From an uncultured Bacteroidales bacterium (lineage in GTDB: Bacteria > Bacteroidota > Bacteroidia > Bacteroidales > VadinHA17): a stretch of DNA of 64,000 nucleotides. The translations under genes were made by a program, and so were the position numbers. Location of the stretch: contig CAWDYR010000016.1 of NCBI GenBank assembly GCA_963806555.1, positions 98,108-162,107 of the forward strand, read 5' to 3'. Below the pieces are notes generated by a model. It was not told the origin of the DNA. It saw nothing but the letters and a program-made list of their open reading frames with translations, and did no database searches. Shown here piece after piece: positions 51,080 through 63,595 of the stretch (positions are counted from its first letter, which is position 1; each line of letters opens with the position of its first letter).

Positions 51080-54000
51080 ATGAGTGAGCGGATTCTTGAA
51101 ACACTGATGCAGTTGTTTGCGTTAATTGCTGAACCTCAGCAGTATGATGCAGATAAGAAAGGTGTTGTGGAAGCATTTCTCAGCCGGTTACTGGATCAGG
51201 AACTTGTAAAGAAATACCTTGCCCTTTATAATGATTCCTATGAACAGGCAAAGGAGAAGCTTGAAAAAAGCACTCCCGAAAGACGCGAAGGCGCTATCGC
51301 AATAAGGATAACAAAACTTTGCAAGGAGATCAATGATCAGGGACAGCTCGATCAGGAACAAAGGATCGTTGTTGTAATTCAGGCTCTTGAATTCTGCAAG
51401 ACAGGGAAAGAAGCGGCAAGTCCCCTCGAATTGGGTTTCATAGCTACTTTAGCCGATGGTTTGAATATTTCAGCTGAAGAATATGACACTATTGAGAAAT
51501 TCGTTCTGAATCCTTTCACTCAGATCCCGTCTTCACCGAATATCCTTATAATAAACGGAGAAAAATCAAAAGCTGATTCTGAGGCAAAATTCGTCAGAAA
51601 GGAACTACTTAAAGGTCAGATCTGGGTTCTTTTTGTCTCATCGGTGAACATGTATTTCATGAAGTTCATCAGGTCGGGTGAACTCACAATGAATGGTCAG
51701 CTGCTCCAGGAGAATAAAGTTTACCCTATCAGCCAGGGCTCTTCCATTAAGGGTTACAATATTTCTCCGGTTTATTTCTGGGACATAACGATGCAATTCC
51801 TGAAGGAAGAGTTCCGGTCATCACGCGTGGTTTATGAAGTTAACAACCTCGAATACAGGTTCAAGACCGGGGAAGTAGGTATTCATCACATGACCTTCAG
51901 GGGTGAATCGGGCAGGATGATTGGAATTATGGGAGCCAGCGGAGCCGGTAAATCAACACTGCTGAGCGTTCTGAACGGGATCAATCCTCCGCATGATGGT
52001 GAAGTTATAATAAATGGCATCAGCATCCACAAGGAGAAGGAGAAGATTAAAGGCCTTATCGGATACGTATCACAGGATGATCTTCTGATTGAGGAGCTTA
52101 CAGTTTTTGACAACCTCTATTACAATGCCAGGCTCTGTTTCGGCAACCTGACTGAGGAGGAGATTGTGGGCAGGGTTGAGAGTGTCCTTAAGAACCTGGG
52201 ACTTTACGAAATAAGGAACATGAAAGTCGGATCGCCCCTTAATAAAAAGATAAGCGGCGGTCAGAGAAAGAGGCTCAATATTTCGCTTGAACTCATCAGG
52301 GAACCTGCAATCCTTTTCCTCGACGAGCCTACATCAGGTTTGTCTTCAAGGGATTCTGAAAACATACTGGACCTGTTGAAAGAGCTGTCGCGGAAAGGCA
52401 AGCTTCTGTTCATTGTAATCCACCAGCCCTCCTCCGACATTTTCAAAATGTTCGACAGGCTCATCATTCTTGATACGGGCGGATTCATGATCTATAACGG
52501 GAATCCTGTCGACTCGATTGAGTACTTTAAACGGAGGATTGGCCAGGCTAACTACAGTGAAAGTGAGTGTTATGCCTGTGGTAATGTCAATCCCGAACAG
52601 ATCTTCAATATAGTTGAAACAAGGGTGTTCAATGAAAGCGGGGAACCAACCGAAACCCGCAGAATATCGCCTGCAGAGTGGCGGAGACTTTATGAAGTCC
52701 AAAGGAAACCAGACAAACCGGAAACGGCAGGTCCTCTGCCGGAAATCAATTTTAAAACTCCCGGTAAGTTCAGGCAGTTTGTGGTTTATATTCAGCGGGA
52801 TGTACTGTCAAAAATTGCGGATCTGCAGTACCTGCTTATTACTCTTCTTGAGGCTCCGGTCCTTGCATTTTTCCTTGCCTTTCTCATAAGATACTTTGAT
52901 GAGAGCGCTAAAAATCCCAGGTATTACCTTATTGATAACAGCAACCTGCCTGTTTACATTTTCATGTCAGTTATTGTTGCCATCTTCATGGGGTTGACAG
53001 TAAGTGCGGAGGAAATCATCAAAGACAGGAAAATTCTTAAGACGGGAAACCTTCCTTAACCTGAGCTGGAACAGCTATCTCATGTCAAAAGTTTTTGTCC
53101 AGTTTGGAATTTCGGCAATCCAGGCACTTACCTTTGTAGTGATCGGCAACGCTATCACCGGTATCAGAGGAATGACATTCCAGTACTGGCTGGTGCTTTT
53201 CTCATGCTGGGCTTCAGCAAATATGCTTGGGCTGGTCATTTCCGACAGTTTTAAAACAGTTGTTACAATTTATATTCTTATCCCTTTCCTTGTAATTCCC
53301 CAGATCATCCTGAGCGGAGTCCTTGTCAAGTTCGAGAAACTGAATCCAAATATTTCTTCACCGGTAACGATACCTTTCTACGGGGAGATGATAACAGCAA
53401 GATGGGGTTATGAAGCGCTGGCTGTCAAACAGTTCATTGACAACAAATATGAACGGAATTTCTACGTATTCGACAAGTCGATGAGCGAGGCAAGATTTAA
53501 AAAGGACTATTGGAACTCAAAGCTAAAGGGGAACCTTGATAAAATAATGATCGACCTTCAGAAGGGATCAAGGGATGATGATTTTGATGATGATCTTTTG
53601 CTTGTTTCGAATGAAATAGAAAAAGAGATGGCTCTGCTTCCGGGAAATAAAATTTGAAAAAGCCGCGGAGCTGACTCCCGAAAAGATAACTCCTGAAATA
53701 GTAACAGGCTGCACTGGAATATATTGAGTCAGTCCGCAGGTACTATGTCAGGAAATACAATGTCGCCAACAGCCAGCGCGACGAATCTGATTACAAGGCT
53801 GGAATCTGAAAATAAGGCTGCATTCCAGGAGCTTAAAGAACAACTATTTCAACCTCTCGCTGGAAGAGTCAGTCACTGCAAAGAATGACACCCAGAAAAC
53901 AATTGACTATAAAGGGGAATTGGTTCAGAAACTGGATCCAATATATCTGGATCCCGGAAACAAATTCATCAAAGCTCATTTCTACTCGCCGACAAAACAG

Positions 54001-54121
54001 GTTTTTGGCATGGTATGCAGGCACTTTTATAATTAATGTCCTTGTTATCTGGAGTATGACTCTGCTTCTATATCTGATTCTATATTTCAGGGTACTTAAG
54101 AAAATTCTGAGCTCTGGGTGA
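51080..54121 (+). pseudogene. ABC transporter, fused ATPase + ABC-2 type permease with an N-terminal extension; many frameshifts in the 3' third
   Basis: Walker A is GASGAGKSTLL, the signature is ISGGQRKRL and Walker B is ILFLDEPTSGL. The permease continues in ORF 53004-53657. The tail up to ..LILYFRVLKKILSSG* (54121) is broken into several frames between 53650 and 53900. Confidence 0.75.
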
Positions 54122-54173
54122 AAAGCTTATAGGGAAGAAGACAAAAGGAACTGACAGGGAACTTATATAAGAC

Positions 54174-54204
54174 AAGAGGCCGCCTCAGGAGAGACAGCCT
54201 CTTT
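54174..54204. terminator. candidate bidirectional terminator hairpin between convergent genes
   Basis: The stem aagaggc..(16 nt)..gcctctt lies between the ABC transporter end and the DUF1987 gene end. The T-run is weak. Confidence 0.35.
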
Positions 54205-54252
54205 AGTAAGGTAATTTAAACCAATCATTTAAGACAAGCCAACGAGGGAGAT

Positions 54253-54633
54253 TTAATCTGTAATCTCGATCATCTTAAAAGGCACCCTGATTATTGATTC
54301 ATAATCTTCTCCTGCCTCAAGCATATCTTCATCATCTTCCTCATAATACCAGTTAACTTCAACATCGTTTTTAGCCTTATGTATGGCTTCGAGCTTCTTG
54401 AATACGTCAAGGATACACTTGGAAGAACTGGTGTTGAAGTACTCCAGCTTGATATTCACAACTGTCTTGCCAAGCGGAGATTCCTTATAGCTGTCGAGCC
54501 AGTCAACTAATGGTTTATAAAATTCTACAGAGTTTTCGGGTATTGAACGTCCTTTTATTTCAAAGACACCCTCTGTGGCATCAAATTTAATTGTCGGGGT
54601 CTTTGGTGTTCCTTCAATAATGATCGGTTCCAT
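54253..54633 (-). CDS. DUF1987 (SiaC-like) regulatory protein
   Basis: Intact 126 aa. LEYFNTSSSKCILDVFKKLE and VNWYYEEDDEDMLEAGEDY match my recollection of the DUF1987/SiaC family. Confidence 0.7.
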   Translation of the reverse strand: MEPIIIEGTPKTPTIKFDATEGVFEIKGRSIPENSVEFYKPLVDWLDSYKESPLGKTVVNIKLEYFNTSSSKCILDVFKKLEAIHKAKNDVEVNWYYEEDDEDMLEAGEDYESIIRVPFKMIEITD

Positions 54634-54668
54634 ATTTGCTTTTTTTAGGTTTGTTTCAGTCTGATTAG

Positions 54669-55227
54669 TTAATTTATCTCACCCACCAGTATGTTGAGGT
54701 AGAAAAATGAGCATTTATCATTATACTCCTTAAAAGTATATTCAAGCTTATTACCTGTTTTCCGTGCAATATCAACAAGACCCAGGCCACCGCCGCCTTT
54801 CGAGGATATTCTCTGATGGTTGAGAATAAATTTGTAAAGTTCAGTTATCTCCTCGTGACTGGATCTGTTTATCCTCTTTATTTTTTCCTCAAGTTTCTCA
54901 ACGTGCTCGGAACGGATGAAATTCCCGGTAACAATTTTATAACCACCATTAACTTTGTTGATCGCAAGCAACCCGTATTTATCATAGGTCTGATCCTCAA
55001 AATCCTCCGGGACTTTGTCAACATGATGATAAAGATTCTGAAGACTTTCAACAAGAACGTTGTAGACTCTTTTTCTGAGCTTTGATTGTTCGTTTTCCCT
55101 TAACGAGCTTTTCCTCGACGGTATCAAGGACTTTGTTGATTATATCCGAATCGATATTACCCTTGTAATAAACGATACTATTTCCGTTTAAGAGACCGGA
55201 GAAATAACTTTCAACATCAAAGCCCAT
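54669..55227 (-). pseudogene. SiaB-like (GHKL-type ATP-binding) serine kinase partner of DUF1987, one frameshift near 55120-55140
   Basis: MGFDVESYFSGLLNGNSIVYYKGNIDSDIINKVLDTVEEKL (ATG 55227) shifts into ORF 54669-55127. That ORF has ..ESLQNLYHH.. and GGGGLGLVDIARK, a G-rich ATP-lid-like motif. It sits immediately upstream of the DUF1987 gene. Confidence 0.5.
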
Positions 55228-55376
55228 TAAGCTTCATTTTTATGACTGCAATAATAATACGGTAACAAATATATAAAAAATCTAACCATTTGTTTTTCGA
55301 TGATTTTATAATTGCCCCAACATTTTGATCAAAAATACCCGGAAGATGATGAATGTAAGTTTAGACCAGACTTATT

Positions 55377-56519
55377 CTATAATCCACGATTTTTCTTTGA
55401 TCCCTCATAAAGCTCATATTTCACCAGGAGACATTCAAGCGATCCGTTATACAGGGTTAGTTTTTGCCTGTGTTTCAAGCCTACCTTTTTCAAAGCTTCT
55501 TTATCGGAGGTTATCAGGAAAGCTTTATAACCAGGGAAATTATGCTTTAACGTCGTGCCGATCATGCCATACAGGTTTTCGGATTCAGGTTGCTTCATAC
55601 GCTCACCGTAAGGAGGATTCATTATTATGTAACCGTTGTCGTGTGTCCTCTTAAGGTTACTGAAATCCTGCTGTTCCACGGATATAATATCAGAAAGACC
55701 TGCAGATTCTATATTATCCTTTGCAAAAGAAACCGCACTTTTATCTATATCGCTGCAACTGATCCTGATATCGGTTTTATTTATTCCCGCTTCGGATTCT
55801 TCTTTTATTTTGATAAAGAGATCCTCATCGTAATCCATCCATCTCTGAAAACCAAAATAACTCCTGAACTTTCCGGGAGGAATTCCGGAGGCAATCAGTG
55901 CAGCTTCAACAGGAATTGTACCCGAACCACACATTGGATCCAACAGCGGTATGGTCCTGTCCCATCCTGACAGTAAAACAATCCCTGCAGCGAGAACTTC
56001 ATTAATCGGAGCCAGACCCTGTTCCCTGCGGTATCCTCTTTTATAAAGTGGAATTACTGACGAATCGACACTGACAGTAACCTGGTCATTACTAATGTGG
56101 AGATTGAAAAGGATATCAGGATTGGTAGTGCCAACGGAGGGGCGCCTTCCGGTTTTTTGGCTGAACCGGTCGGCGATGGCATCCTTGAGAAGCAATCCGG
56201 CATAACCTGTATGATTAAATACCGGTGAATGAACCACAGGAACCACCGAAAATGTCATGTCCGTATCGAGGTACTTTTCCCAGGCTATCTTCAGGCTGTT
56301 TCTGTAAAGATCGTCTGAAGACCTGATCCGGAATTCAGCAATCTCCATCAGTACCGACATTGCAGTCCTGGCACAGTAATTCACCTTATACAAAATGGCG
56401 GGATCACCCTCAAAAATTACAGCACGGTTTGCCGGTTTTGCATCCTGTATACCAAGACCTTTCAGCTCGGCCGCAAGGATATTTTCAAGGCCGAAAAGGG
56501 TTTTTGCGATTAATCTCAT
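55377..56519 (-). CDS. THUMP-domain class I SAM-dependent RNA methyltransferase (UPF0020/RlmL-like)
   Basis: Intact 380 aa with DPMCGSGTIPVEAA (SAM motif I) and IIMNPPYGERM (NPPY motif IV). Confidence 0.8.
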   Translation of the reverse strand: MRLIAKTLFGLENILAAELKGLGIQDAKPANRAVIFEGDPAILYKVNYCARTAMSVLMEIAEFRIRSSDDLYRNSLKIAWEKYLDTDMTFSVVPVVHSPVFNHTGYAGLLLKDAIADRFSQKTGRRPSVGTTNPDILFNLHISNDQVTVSVDSSVIPLYKRGYRREQGLAPINEVLAAGIVLLSGWDRTIPLLDPMCGSGTIPVEAALIASGIPPGKFRSYFGFQRWMDYDEDLFIKIKEESEAGINKTDIRISCSDIDKSAVSFAKDNIESAGLSDIISVEQQDFSNLKRTHDNGYIIMNPPYGERMKQPESENLYGMIGTTLKHNFPGYKAFLITSDKEALKKVGLKHRQKLTLYNGSLECLLVKYELYEGSKKNRGL

Positions 56520-56542
56520 TTAAAAATCTCCAGATCAGGATT

Positions 56543-58142
56543 TCAGTAACCAAGAATTTTATTATATACTGTCTTTTCAGAAATTACCTGCAATGCTTTT
56601 TCAACAACTGGATCACCTTCATTAAGAATCTGCCAGTATTCATTTGTCTTCCAGATATTTGAGGCAACAAGAGCCCTCAACGACCTCAATATTTCCTCCC
56701 TTGAAATTAAAAACTCCGGATCATTGTATTTCACACCACTGTCTTCACCCTTTTTTATAAAACCTGCAATATCTTCGGCTGAGAAACTGAAATTCTCCTT
56801 ATAATCTTTAAATGTTTTAAACTCGGAGATAAGCTTGTCCCTGTTTTTATCAGCGTATTCCAGGGTGAAAGAACTAATTATCCCCCTCCTTACAAGATTT
56901 CTGTAGTAATCTGAGTAATTGGAAGTATCGGCAGGAACAAAAAGATCGGGCATAATTCCTCCTCCGCCATATACTGTCCGCTTGTTCACGATAGTTCTGA
57001 ATTTCAGTGAATCAGGAAAATGAACACTGTCGGCAGATATCATTTCGCCATCGGTATACCTCTTGTAGAAGTTGGCAAGATATTTATCATAACCTTCATT
57101 ATAAGGGCTTTGAATTAACCTGCCGGTAGGTGTAAAGTACCTTGCAATTGTAAGCCTGATCATCGAACCGTCGGGAAGATAGTAGCCATTCTGAACGAGT
57201 CCCTTGCCGAAAGTACGACGTCCGACAATTATACCCCTGTCCCAGTCCTGTATTGCGCCGGCAAGAATTTCACTTGCAGAGGCAGATCCTTCATCTGTCA
57301 GTATAGCTACCCTTGCATTGGCCAGTATTCCTGCTCCGGTGGATGTGAAGTCCTGTCTTGGAGTTTTACGACCGCTAAGATAAACCAGCAATTTTTTATC
57401 GGGGAAGAAATTATCTGCCACGTCGGTAGCTGCGATCATATAACCGCCGCCATTTGAGCGGAGATCGAGAATCAGGTTTTTCATGTTGTTCTTCTGCAAT
57501 TGCATAACAGCACCTGAAAACTCCTTATCAGTAGTTGCGGCAAACTTGTTAAGTTTAATATAACCAGTCTCTTTATCAAGCATGTAGGCTGCATCAAGGC
57601 TGTTTATCGGAATTTTATCCCTGACAATTGTAAAATCAAGGACATCCTTTTCCCCCTTTCTGAATATGCTCAGATTAACTTTGGTTCCTTTCATTCCCAG
57701 GAGCCTTGTCCGTACGCCGGTGGTCGAAATTCCGATTCCTGTCACTTTCTCTCCGTTAATAGTGATTATCCTGTCGCCTGAATGGATGCCAACTTTTTCA
57801 GACGGTCCTCCCGATATCGGGTCAATGACTATAATGGTATCGCGCAGAAGGTTAAACTGGATACCTATTCCTTCAAAATTGCCATTCAGCGGCTCATTCA
57901 TTTCCTTCACATCTTTTGCCGAGATGTAAACAGAGTGAGGATCGAGGCTTTTAAGCAATTCAACAAGCGTTTTTTCAGTTACTTTGTTAATATCTGTTGT
58001 ATCGACATAAAAATTATCAATCAGGCTCAATGCCCTTCCGACTTTAGCAGTGTTTTCGCTAACTTCCTGAGATAAAACCGATTGACTTAGAAATATGAAT
58101 GCTACAAATCCTATAATTAAAACATATTTTTCTGATTTTCAT
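56543..58142 (-). pseudogene. S41-family C-terminal processing peptidase, frameshift in the signal-peptide region (about 58120-58130)
   Basis: ATG 58142 gives MKIRKI.. and then shifts to VLIIGFVAFIFLSQSVLSQE...SLIDNFYVD, the frame of ORF 56543-58030. A PDZ region, GGGYM and ILTDEGSASASE are present. Confidence 0.82.
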
Positions 58143-58317
58143 ATAAACTCCATTTCTTTTCTGTGGACTGCTTCTTCTCCTGTACTTTGTGAAATAAAAA
58201 AGATTTAACAACTTACATTATACATCGGGAGAAACAGTGTTGCACAGATCGCGTAAATATTAATCTTATATCATATTAAAAACAACTTCTTAAGCTAAAT
58301 GTTGCTTTAGTTGGAAA

Positions 58318-59847
58318 TTATTCCCATTCAATGGTTGATGGCGGTTTTGAACTGATATCATAAACCACCCTGTTGATTCCTTTGACCTTATTTATTATCT
58401 CATTTGAGATAAGTCCAAGAAAATCATACGGCAGTTTTGACCAGTCTGCAGTCATCCCGTCTGTAGAGACCACAGCTCTCAGGACAACGGCATTTTCGTA
58501 TGTTCTTTCATCGCCCATAACCCCTACAGATTTCACAGGCAGGAGTATTACCCCGGCCTGCCACACGGAATCGTACAAACCGTGTTTTTTAAGGCCATCA
58601 ATGAATATCTGATCAGCATCCTTCAATATTTCAAGCTGCCCTCTTGTGATTTTACCAAGCAGCCTTATTGCCAGACCCGGACCTGGGAAAGGATGTCTCT
58701 TTAAAATAATATCGGGTAATCCAAGCGCCTGTCCGACTTTTCTGACTTCATCCTTAAAAAGAAGCCGTAACGGTTCAATAACTTTAAGATGCATTTTTTC
58801 TGGGAGTCCGCCTACGTTATGGTGCGATTTTATAGTTGCTGAAGGACCATTAACCGAAACAGATTCAATTACATCCGGATAAATGGTTCCCTGGGCTAAC
58901 CATTTTACATCTTTAACTTTGCTTGCCTCCTCATCAAAGACATCAACAAACACCCTGCCAATTATCTTCCTTTTTTTCTCAGGATCGCTCACACCTTCAA
59001 GATTATCGAGAAACCTGTCGCTGGCCTTAACTCCAATGACATTAAGTCCCAGACCCTCGTATGACTCTATAACTTTATCGTATTCTCCTTTCCTCAGGAG
59101 ACCGTTATCAATAAAAATACACGTCAGATTCGGTCCGATAGCCCTGTGCAGCAGCATTGATGCCACTGAGGAATCAACACCTCCCGAAAGACCGAGAATA
59201 ACCCTGTCATTACCAATTCTGTTCTTCAGATCATTTACCGTCGATTCAACAAACGAAACAGGTGTCCAATTCTGAGAACAGCCGCAGATATCGACAACAA
59301 AGTTTTTGAGCATCTGAAGCCCCTCGGTTGTATGATAGACTTCCGGATGGAACTGGATTCCCCAGGTTTTTTCATTGATTATTCTGAAAGCTCCTGCTTT
59401 TACAGCAGCTGTCGAACCCGTAATTTCATAACCATCAGGGATCCTTTCGATTGTGTCTCCGTGTGACATCCAGATCTGGGTTCCCTGCTTAATATCTCTA
59501 AAAAAGGGATCAGTGTGATCAAGATGCACAAGATTAGCTCTTCCATATTCCCTTGTTGCGGAAGGGAGAACTTCGCCGCCATAGCTTTGTACAAGAAGCT
59601 GAGCACCATAGCAAACTCCCAGGAGAGGTATTGTCCCTTTGATTGCTGACAGATCGGGTTTTGGGGAATTCGCATCACGGACCGAAAATGGACTTCCGGA
59701 CAGGATTACACCTTTGACAGTTTTATCAGGAGCAGGGAAATGGTTAAAGGGATGAATTTCACAATAAACATTTATCTCCCGTATTCTTCTGGCTATCAGC
59801 TGTGTATATTGAGATCCAAAATCAAGGATCAGTATTTTCTCCTGCAC
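58318..59847 (-). CDS. guaA: glutamine-hydrolysing GMP synthase
   Basis: Intact 509 aa with a GATase domain (GVCYGAQL), the ATP-PPase motif [11 protein letters not shown] and the C-terminal PPSTIEWE. Confidence 0.95.
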   Translation of the reverse strand: MQEKILILDFGSQYTQLIARRIREINVYCEIHPFNHFPAPDKTVKGVILSGSPFSVRDANSPKPDLSAIKGTIPLLGVCYGAQLLVQSYGGEVLPSATREYGRANLVHLDHTDPFFRDIKQGTQIWMSHGDTIERIPDGYEITGSTAAVKAGAFRIINEKTWGIQFHPEVYHTTEGLQMLKNFVVDICGCSQNWTPVSFVESTVNDLKNRIGNDRVILGLSGGVDSSVASMLLHRAIGPNLTCIFIDNGLLRKGEYDKVIESYEGLGLNVIGVKASDRFLDNLEGVSDPEKKRKIIGRVFVDVFDEEASKVKDVKWLAQGTIYPDVIESVSVNGPSATIKSHHNVGGLPEKMHLKVIEPLRLLFKDEVRKVGQALGLPDIILKRHPFPGPGLAIRLLGKITRGQLEILKDADQIFIDGLKKHGLYDSVWQAGVILLPVKSVGVMGDERTYENAVVLRAVVSTDGMTADWSKLPYDFLGLISNEIINKVKGINRVVYDISSKPPSTIEWE

Positions 59848-60025
59848 TTTTATTTAATCAATTAATGGCTTCAGAGTGTCGGAAAATTCTCCCGGATTCT
59901 GAGCTGTTAAAAACCTCCATTATTTATCACCCCTGAATTCCAACCAGGTATTTTTCCGGATCTGTTCTTATTCAGCCCCTTTTGAGGGGGAAGGGGTATA
60001 GTTTGCAAAGATAACGATTCTTTTT

Positions 60026-60951
60026 TTATTGACGGGATAGCTTATAAATGTCATAGGTAGAACCATCGATTGCAGGAATTGTGGCAGGGAATATTGATCT
60101 GGCTTCTTCCACCAGAAACGAAATATTCTTATACCGGGCGGAGAAATGACCTATTATCAGGGTTTTAACATTTGCATCACGGGCAACCTTTGCCGCATCA
60201 AGGGTTGTAGAATGACCAGTCGTCAGGGCAAGTTCTGTCAGTGTCTGATCAAAGGTGGATTCGTGGTAAAGGACATCCACATCTTTAACGAATGATGCAA
60301 GGCGGCTGAAATACATTGTATCGCTGCAATATGCATAGGATAAAGGCTTTGGCGGTGGAATTGTCAACTGTTCATTGGGGATTACTTCTTCCATCGCCGG
60401 TGACAAAATCTTCTCCCTTTTTAATGGCGCGAATCCTTACAACAGGAATACCGAATTCTGTAATTGCTTCCTTCTTTATGTTCCTGTCTGGCTGTTTTTC
60501 CCTGAAAATGAATCCAAAAGCATCAATCCGGTGCTTAAGCGGGAAAGATGTAACCGTAACATGCTTTTCATCAAGGATTATGACAGGGTCGTTGCCCCTC
60601 AGAGGAGTAAAAATGATCTCAAAATTAAGGTTGATGTCAAAATCCCTCAGATGTGACAACATCATCAGGTTGTAATTTTCGGGAGCATAAAGATGAACCG
60701 GGTTTACCCGTCCCATCAGGTTAAATGTCGACAGTAATCCGTAAAGACCGAAAACATGATCGCCGTGGAGATGACTTATGAAATATGTGATTGATTTTCC
60801 CGAATTTCATCCTGCACTTCCGGAGCTGCATCTGGGTTCCTTCGCCGCAGTCGATTAAAAACAAACGCTCATGTGCATTGAGCACATGAGCGGAAGGATA
60901 TCTTTCTGATGTCGGCAATGCAGAACTGCTCCCAAGTATGGTCAGTTTCAT
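60026..60951 (-). pseudogene. rnz: ribonuclease Z, about 3 frameshifts
   Basis: MKLTILGSSSALPTSERYPSAHVL...LIDCGEGTQ starts at ATG 60951. The HxHxDH region is broken by a shift near 60780 (assembled as ..INHIFHKSSPRRS.. in ORF 60721-60957 instead of ..FISHLHGDH..). The gene continues in ORFs 60372-60716 and 60026-60406. Confidence 0.82.
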
Positions 60952-60977
60952 CGGCACCCTGCAATGCTTGTATTATT

Positions 60978-61316
60978 TTATGATATCATCTTTTCGGCTT
61001 CAGCGACAGATGCTGTTATGGTGAGCACAGTATCGAGCTGTGAAATAGTGATTAGTCTTTCAACTGCTTCGCTTAGACCGCAGAGAACGAAGGTGCCACC
61101 GGCATTTTTGCACAACCTGTTAGCAACCAGGATGGCACTCAACCCGGAAGAGTCGCAATACTGACATTTTTCAAGGTCAAGAATTATATTCTTTTCACCT
61201 TTACCAGAAACAAGCACAAGCTCCGATTTAAGAGCAGGTGCAATGTGTGTATCAAGCTTTTCCGACTGAATCTGAATTACCGTGCTGTTGTTCCGACTCT
61301 CAATATTGAAATCCAT
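60978..61316 (-). CDS. STAS-domain anti-sigma-factor antagonist-like protein (second copy)
   Basis: Intact 112 aa. ILDLEKCQYCDSSGLSAILVANR has the DSSG motif. Confidence 0.75.
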   Translation of the reverse strand: MDFNIESRNNSTVIQIQSEKLDTHIAPALKSELVLVSGKGEKNIILDLEKCQYCDSSGLSAILVANRLCKNAGGTFVLCGLSEAVERLITISQLDTVLTITASVAEAEKMIS

Positions 61317-61353
61317 AGTTATAGATTTAATACCATAAATTTAACTATTTTTT

Positions 61354-63460
61354 CTATTTCCGGGAAGCTTTATTTTCTTTTTCTTCCATTTCTTCTTTTA
61401 AAGCAGCAAGTTGCGTAATATCTCCGAGGGTTGTCTTTTCAACATTCGGCTTGGCTTTTCTTGAAGATTTCTTTGGAGATTCGGAATCGGCTTTTTTGGT
61501 TGTGTTTTCAGCAGCCTTCTTTTCATCCTCAAATACCCGGCTGTGGGAAAGAATTATCTTCTTGGCTGATTTGTTGAATTCGATGACTTTGAACTGTAGT
61601 TTTTCATCAACTTTTGCAATCGTACCGTCTTCTTTTACAAGATGTTTAGGAGTTACAAATCCTTCAACACCATAAGGAAGAGCTATAACGGCGCCTTTGT
61701 CGAATACTTCAACAACGGTTCCTTCATGAACTGAGTCAACGGTAAACAGACTTTCAAAAACATCCCATGGATTCTCTTCAAGCTGTTTATGTCCAAGACT
61801 TAGCCTTCTGTTCTCTTTATCAATTTCAAGAACCACAACTTCTATTTCGGAGTCGATTGAAGTAAACTCAGCGGGATGCTTAATCTTCCTGGTCCATGAA
61901 AGGTCAGATATATGAATTAATCCGTCAACACCCTCTTCAATTTCAACGAAGACACCAAAATTTGTAAAGTTCCTGACTTTGGCAGTATGTTTTGAGCCAA
62001 CAGTATATTTTTCATCGATGTTCTGCCACGGATCCAGCTTTAAGCTGTTTGATCCCGAGTGACATTTTCCTTTCAGTCCTGTCGAGGGTAAGAATAACTG
62101 CTTCCACCTCTTCACTTACTTTAAGGAACTCCTGTGCACTGCGCAGATGCTGTGACCAGGACATTTCAGATACATGGATCAGTCCCTCAACGCCGGGAGC
62201 TATCTCAACAAAAGCTCCATAGTCGGCCATTACAACAACTTTTCCTTTTACCTTATCACCAACTTTGAGATCAGGATCGATTGAATCCCACGGATGCGGA
62301 GTAAGTTGTTTCAAACCAAGGGCAATCCTTTTCTTATCGTCATCAAAATCGAGAATTACAACATTGAGTTTCTGGTCAAGCTGTACAATCTCTTCCGGAT
62401 GGTTAACGCGACCCCATGAAAGGTCAGTGATGTGAATAAGGCCATCAACGCCGCCAAGGTCGATGAATACACCATATGATGTTATATTTTTAACAGTTCC
62501 TTCAAGGACCTGTCCTTTTTCAAGTTTGGCGATTATTTCCTTCTTCTGCAATTCGAGTTCAGCTTCAATAAGAGCCTTATGCGATACGACAACGTTCTTA
62601 AATTCCTGGTTGATCTTTACTACCTTGAATTCCATTGTCTTACCAACGTAAACATCATAATCCCGGATTGGCTTAACATCTATCTGTGAACCAGGGAGGA
62701 ATGCTTCGATGCCAAAAACATCGACTATCATACCGCCTTTTGTTCTGCATTTAATGTAACCTGTTATGATCTCATCCTTCTCGAGAGAAGCGTTTACACG
62801 GTCCCACGAATTTATTGCGCGGGCTTTTTTATGTGACAGAAGAAGCTGTCCTTTTTTATCTTCCTGGCTTTCCACATAAACCTCAACCGTGTCGCCAACT
62901 TTCAGATTCGGATTATAACGGAATTCGTTCAGACTAACTACACCTTCCGATTTATAACCTATGTTGACAACCACTTCACGGGGGGTCATCTGGATTACAG
63001 TACCGGTAACTACCTCGTCAACTGCAACAGTTGAGAGGGTTTTATCGTACAATGCTTCGTATTCTTTATATTTTGGAGAAGTCCGGAGTTCCTCATTTTC
63101 AAAGCTTTCCCAGTCAAATTCCTGGGCTGTAGGATAATATTTAGCATCGAGCCTGTTTTCAACTGCTTCAACTTCCTCAATTTCAGGTACCAATGCGGTT
63201 ATCCTTGTTTTTTTCTCAACGGGAAGCTCAACCGGAATTTCGGTTTCAGCTTCAACGGATTCAGCAGCTTCCTCATCGGTTTCTGCTGCCTCAGGCAGAA
63301 CAACAGCTTCAGGATCGTCGAGCAGGGTTTCTTCTTCAATTTCCTGCTTTACGGCTTTTTCCTTAATCTCTTTTATTTTCACTTTTTTTGCCGGCTTTAA
63401 GCCATCCTCAATGTTTTCAACCTCTTCTTTTTTGGTCGGTTTTTTCTTGATTTCAGTCAT
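61354..63460 (-). pseudogene. rpsA: 30S ribosomal protein S1 with an acidic N-terminal extension, one frameshift near 62034
   Basis: ORFs 62012-63460 and 61354-62115 carry consecutive S1 (OB) repeats. ..RKMSLGIKQLK|(A)DPWQNIDEKYTVGSKH.. is restored by deleting one base of the CC pair at 62034-62035. Confidence 0.9.
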
Positions 63461-63522
63461 AATTGTAATTAAAAAGTACTAATAATTAATAAGTTAGACA
63501 TTATGTTGTAAAAAATAGTCTG

Positions 63523-63530
63523 CAAAGATA
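63523..63530 (-). promoter_or_regulatory. candidate -7 box TAtcTTTG upstream of rpsA
   Basis: The reverse complement of caaagata is tatctttg, which matches TAnnTTTG. It lies 63 bp upstream of the start at 63460. Confidence 0.35.
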
Positions 63531-63595
63531 TCAGTTTTTTATAAATATCCATAACAAAATCAGGGATTTTCATATGACAGGTATCAGCTTTCTGG

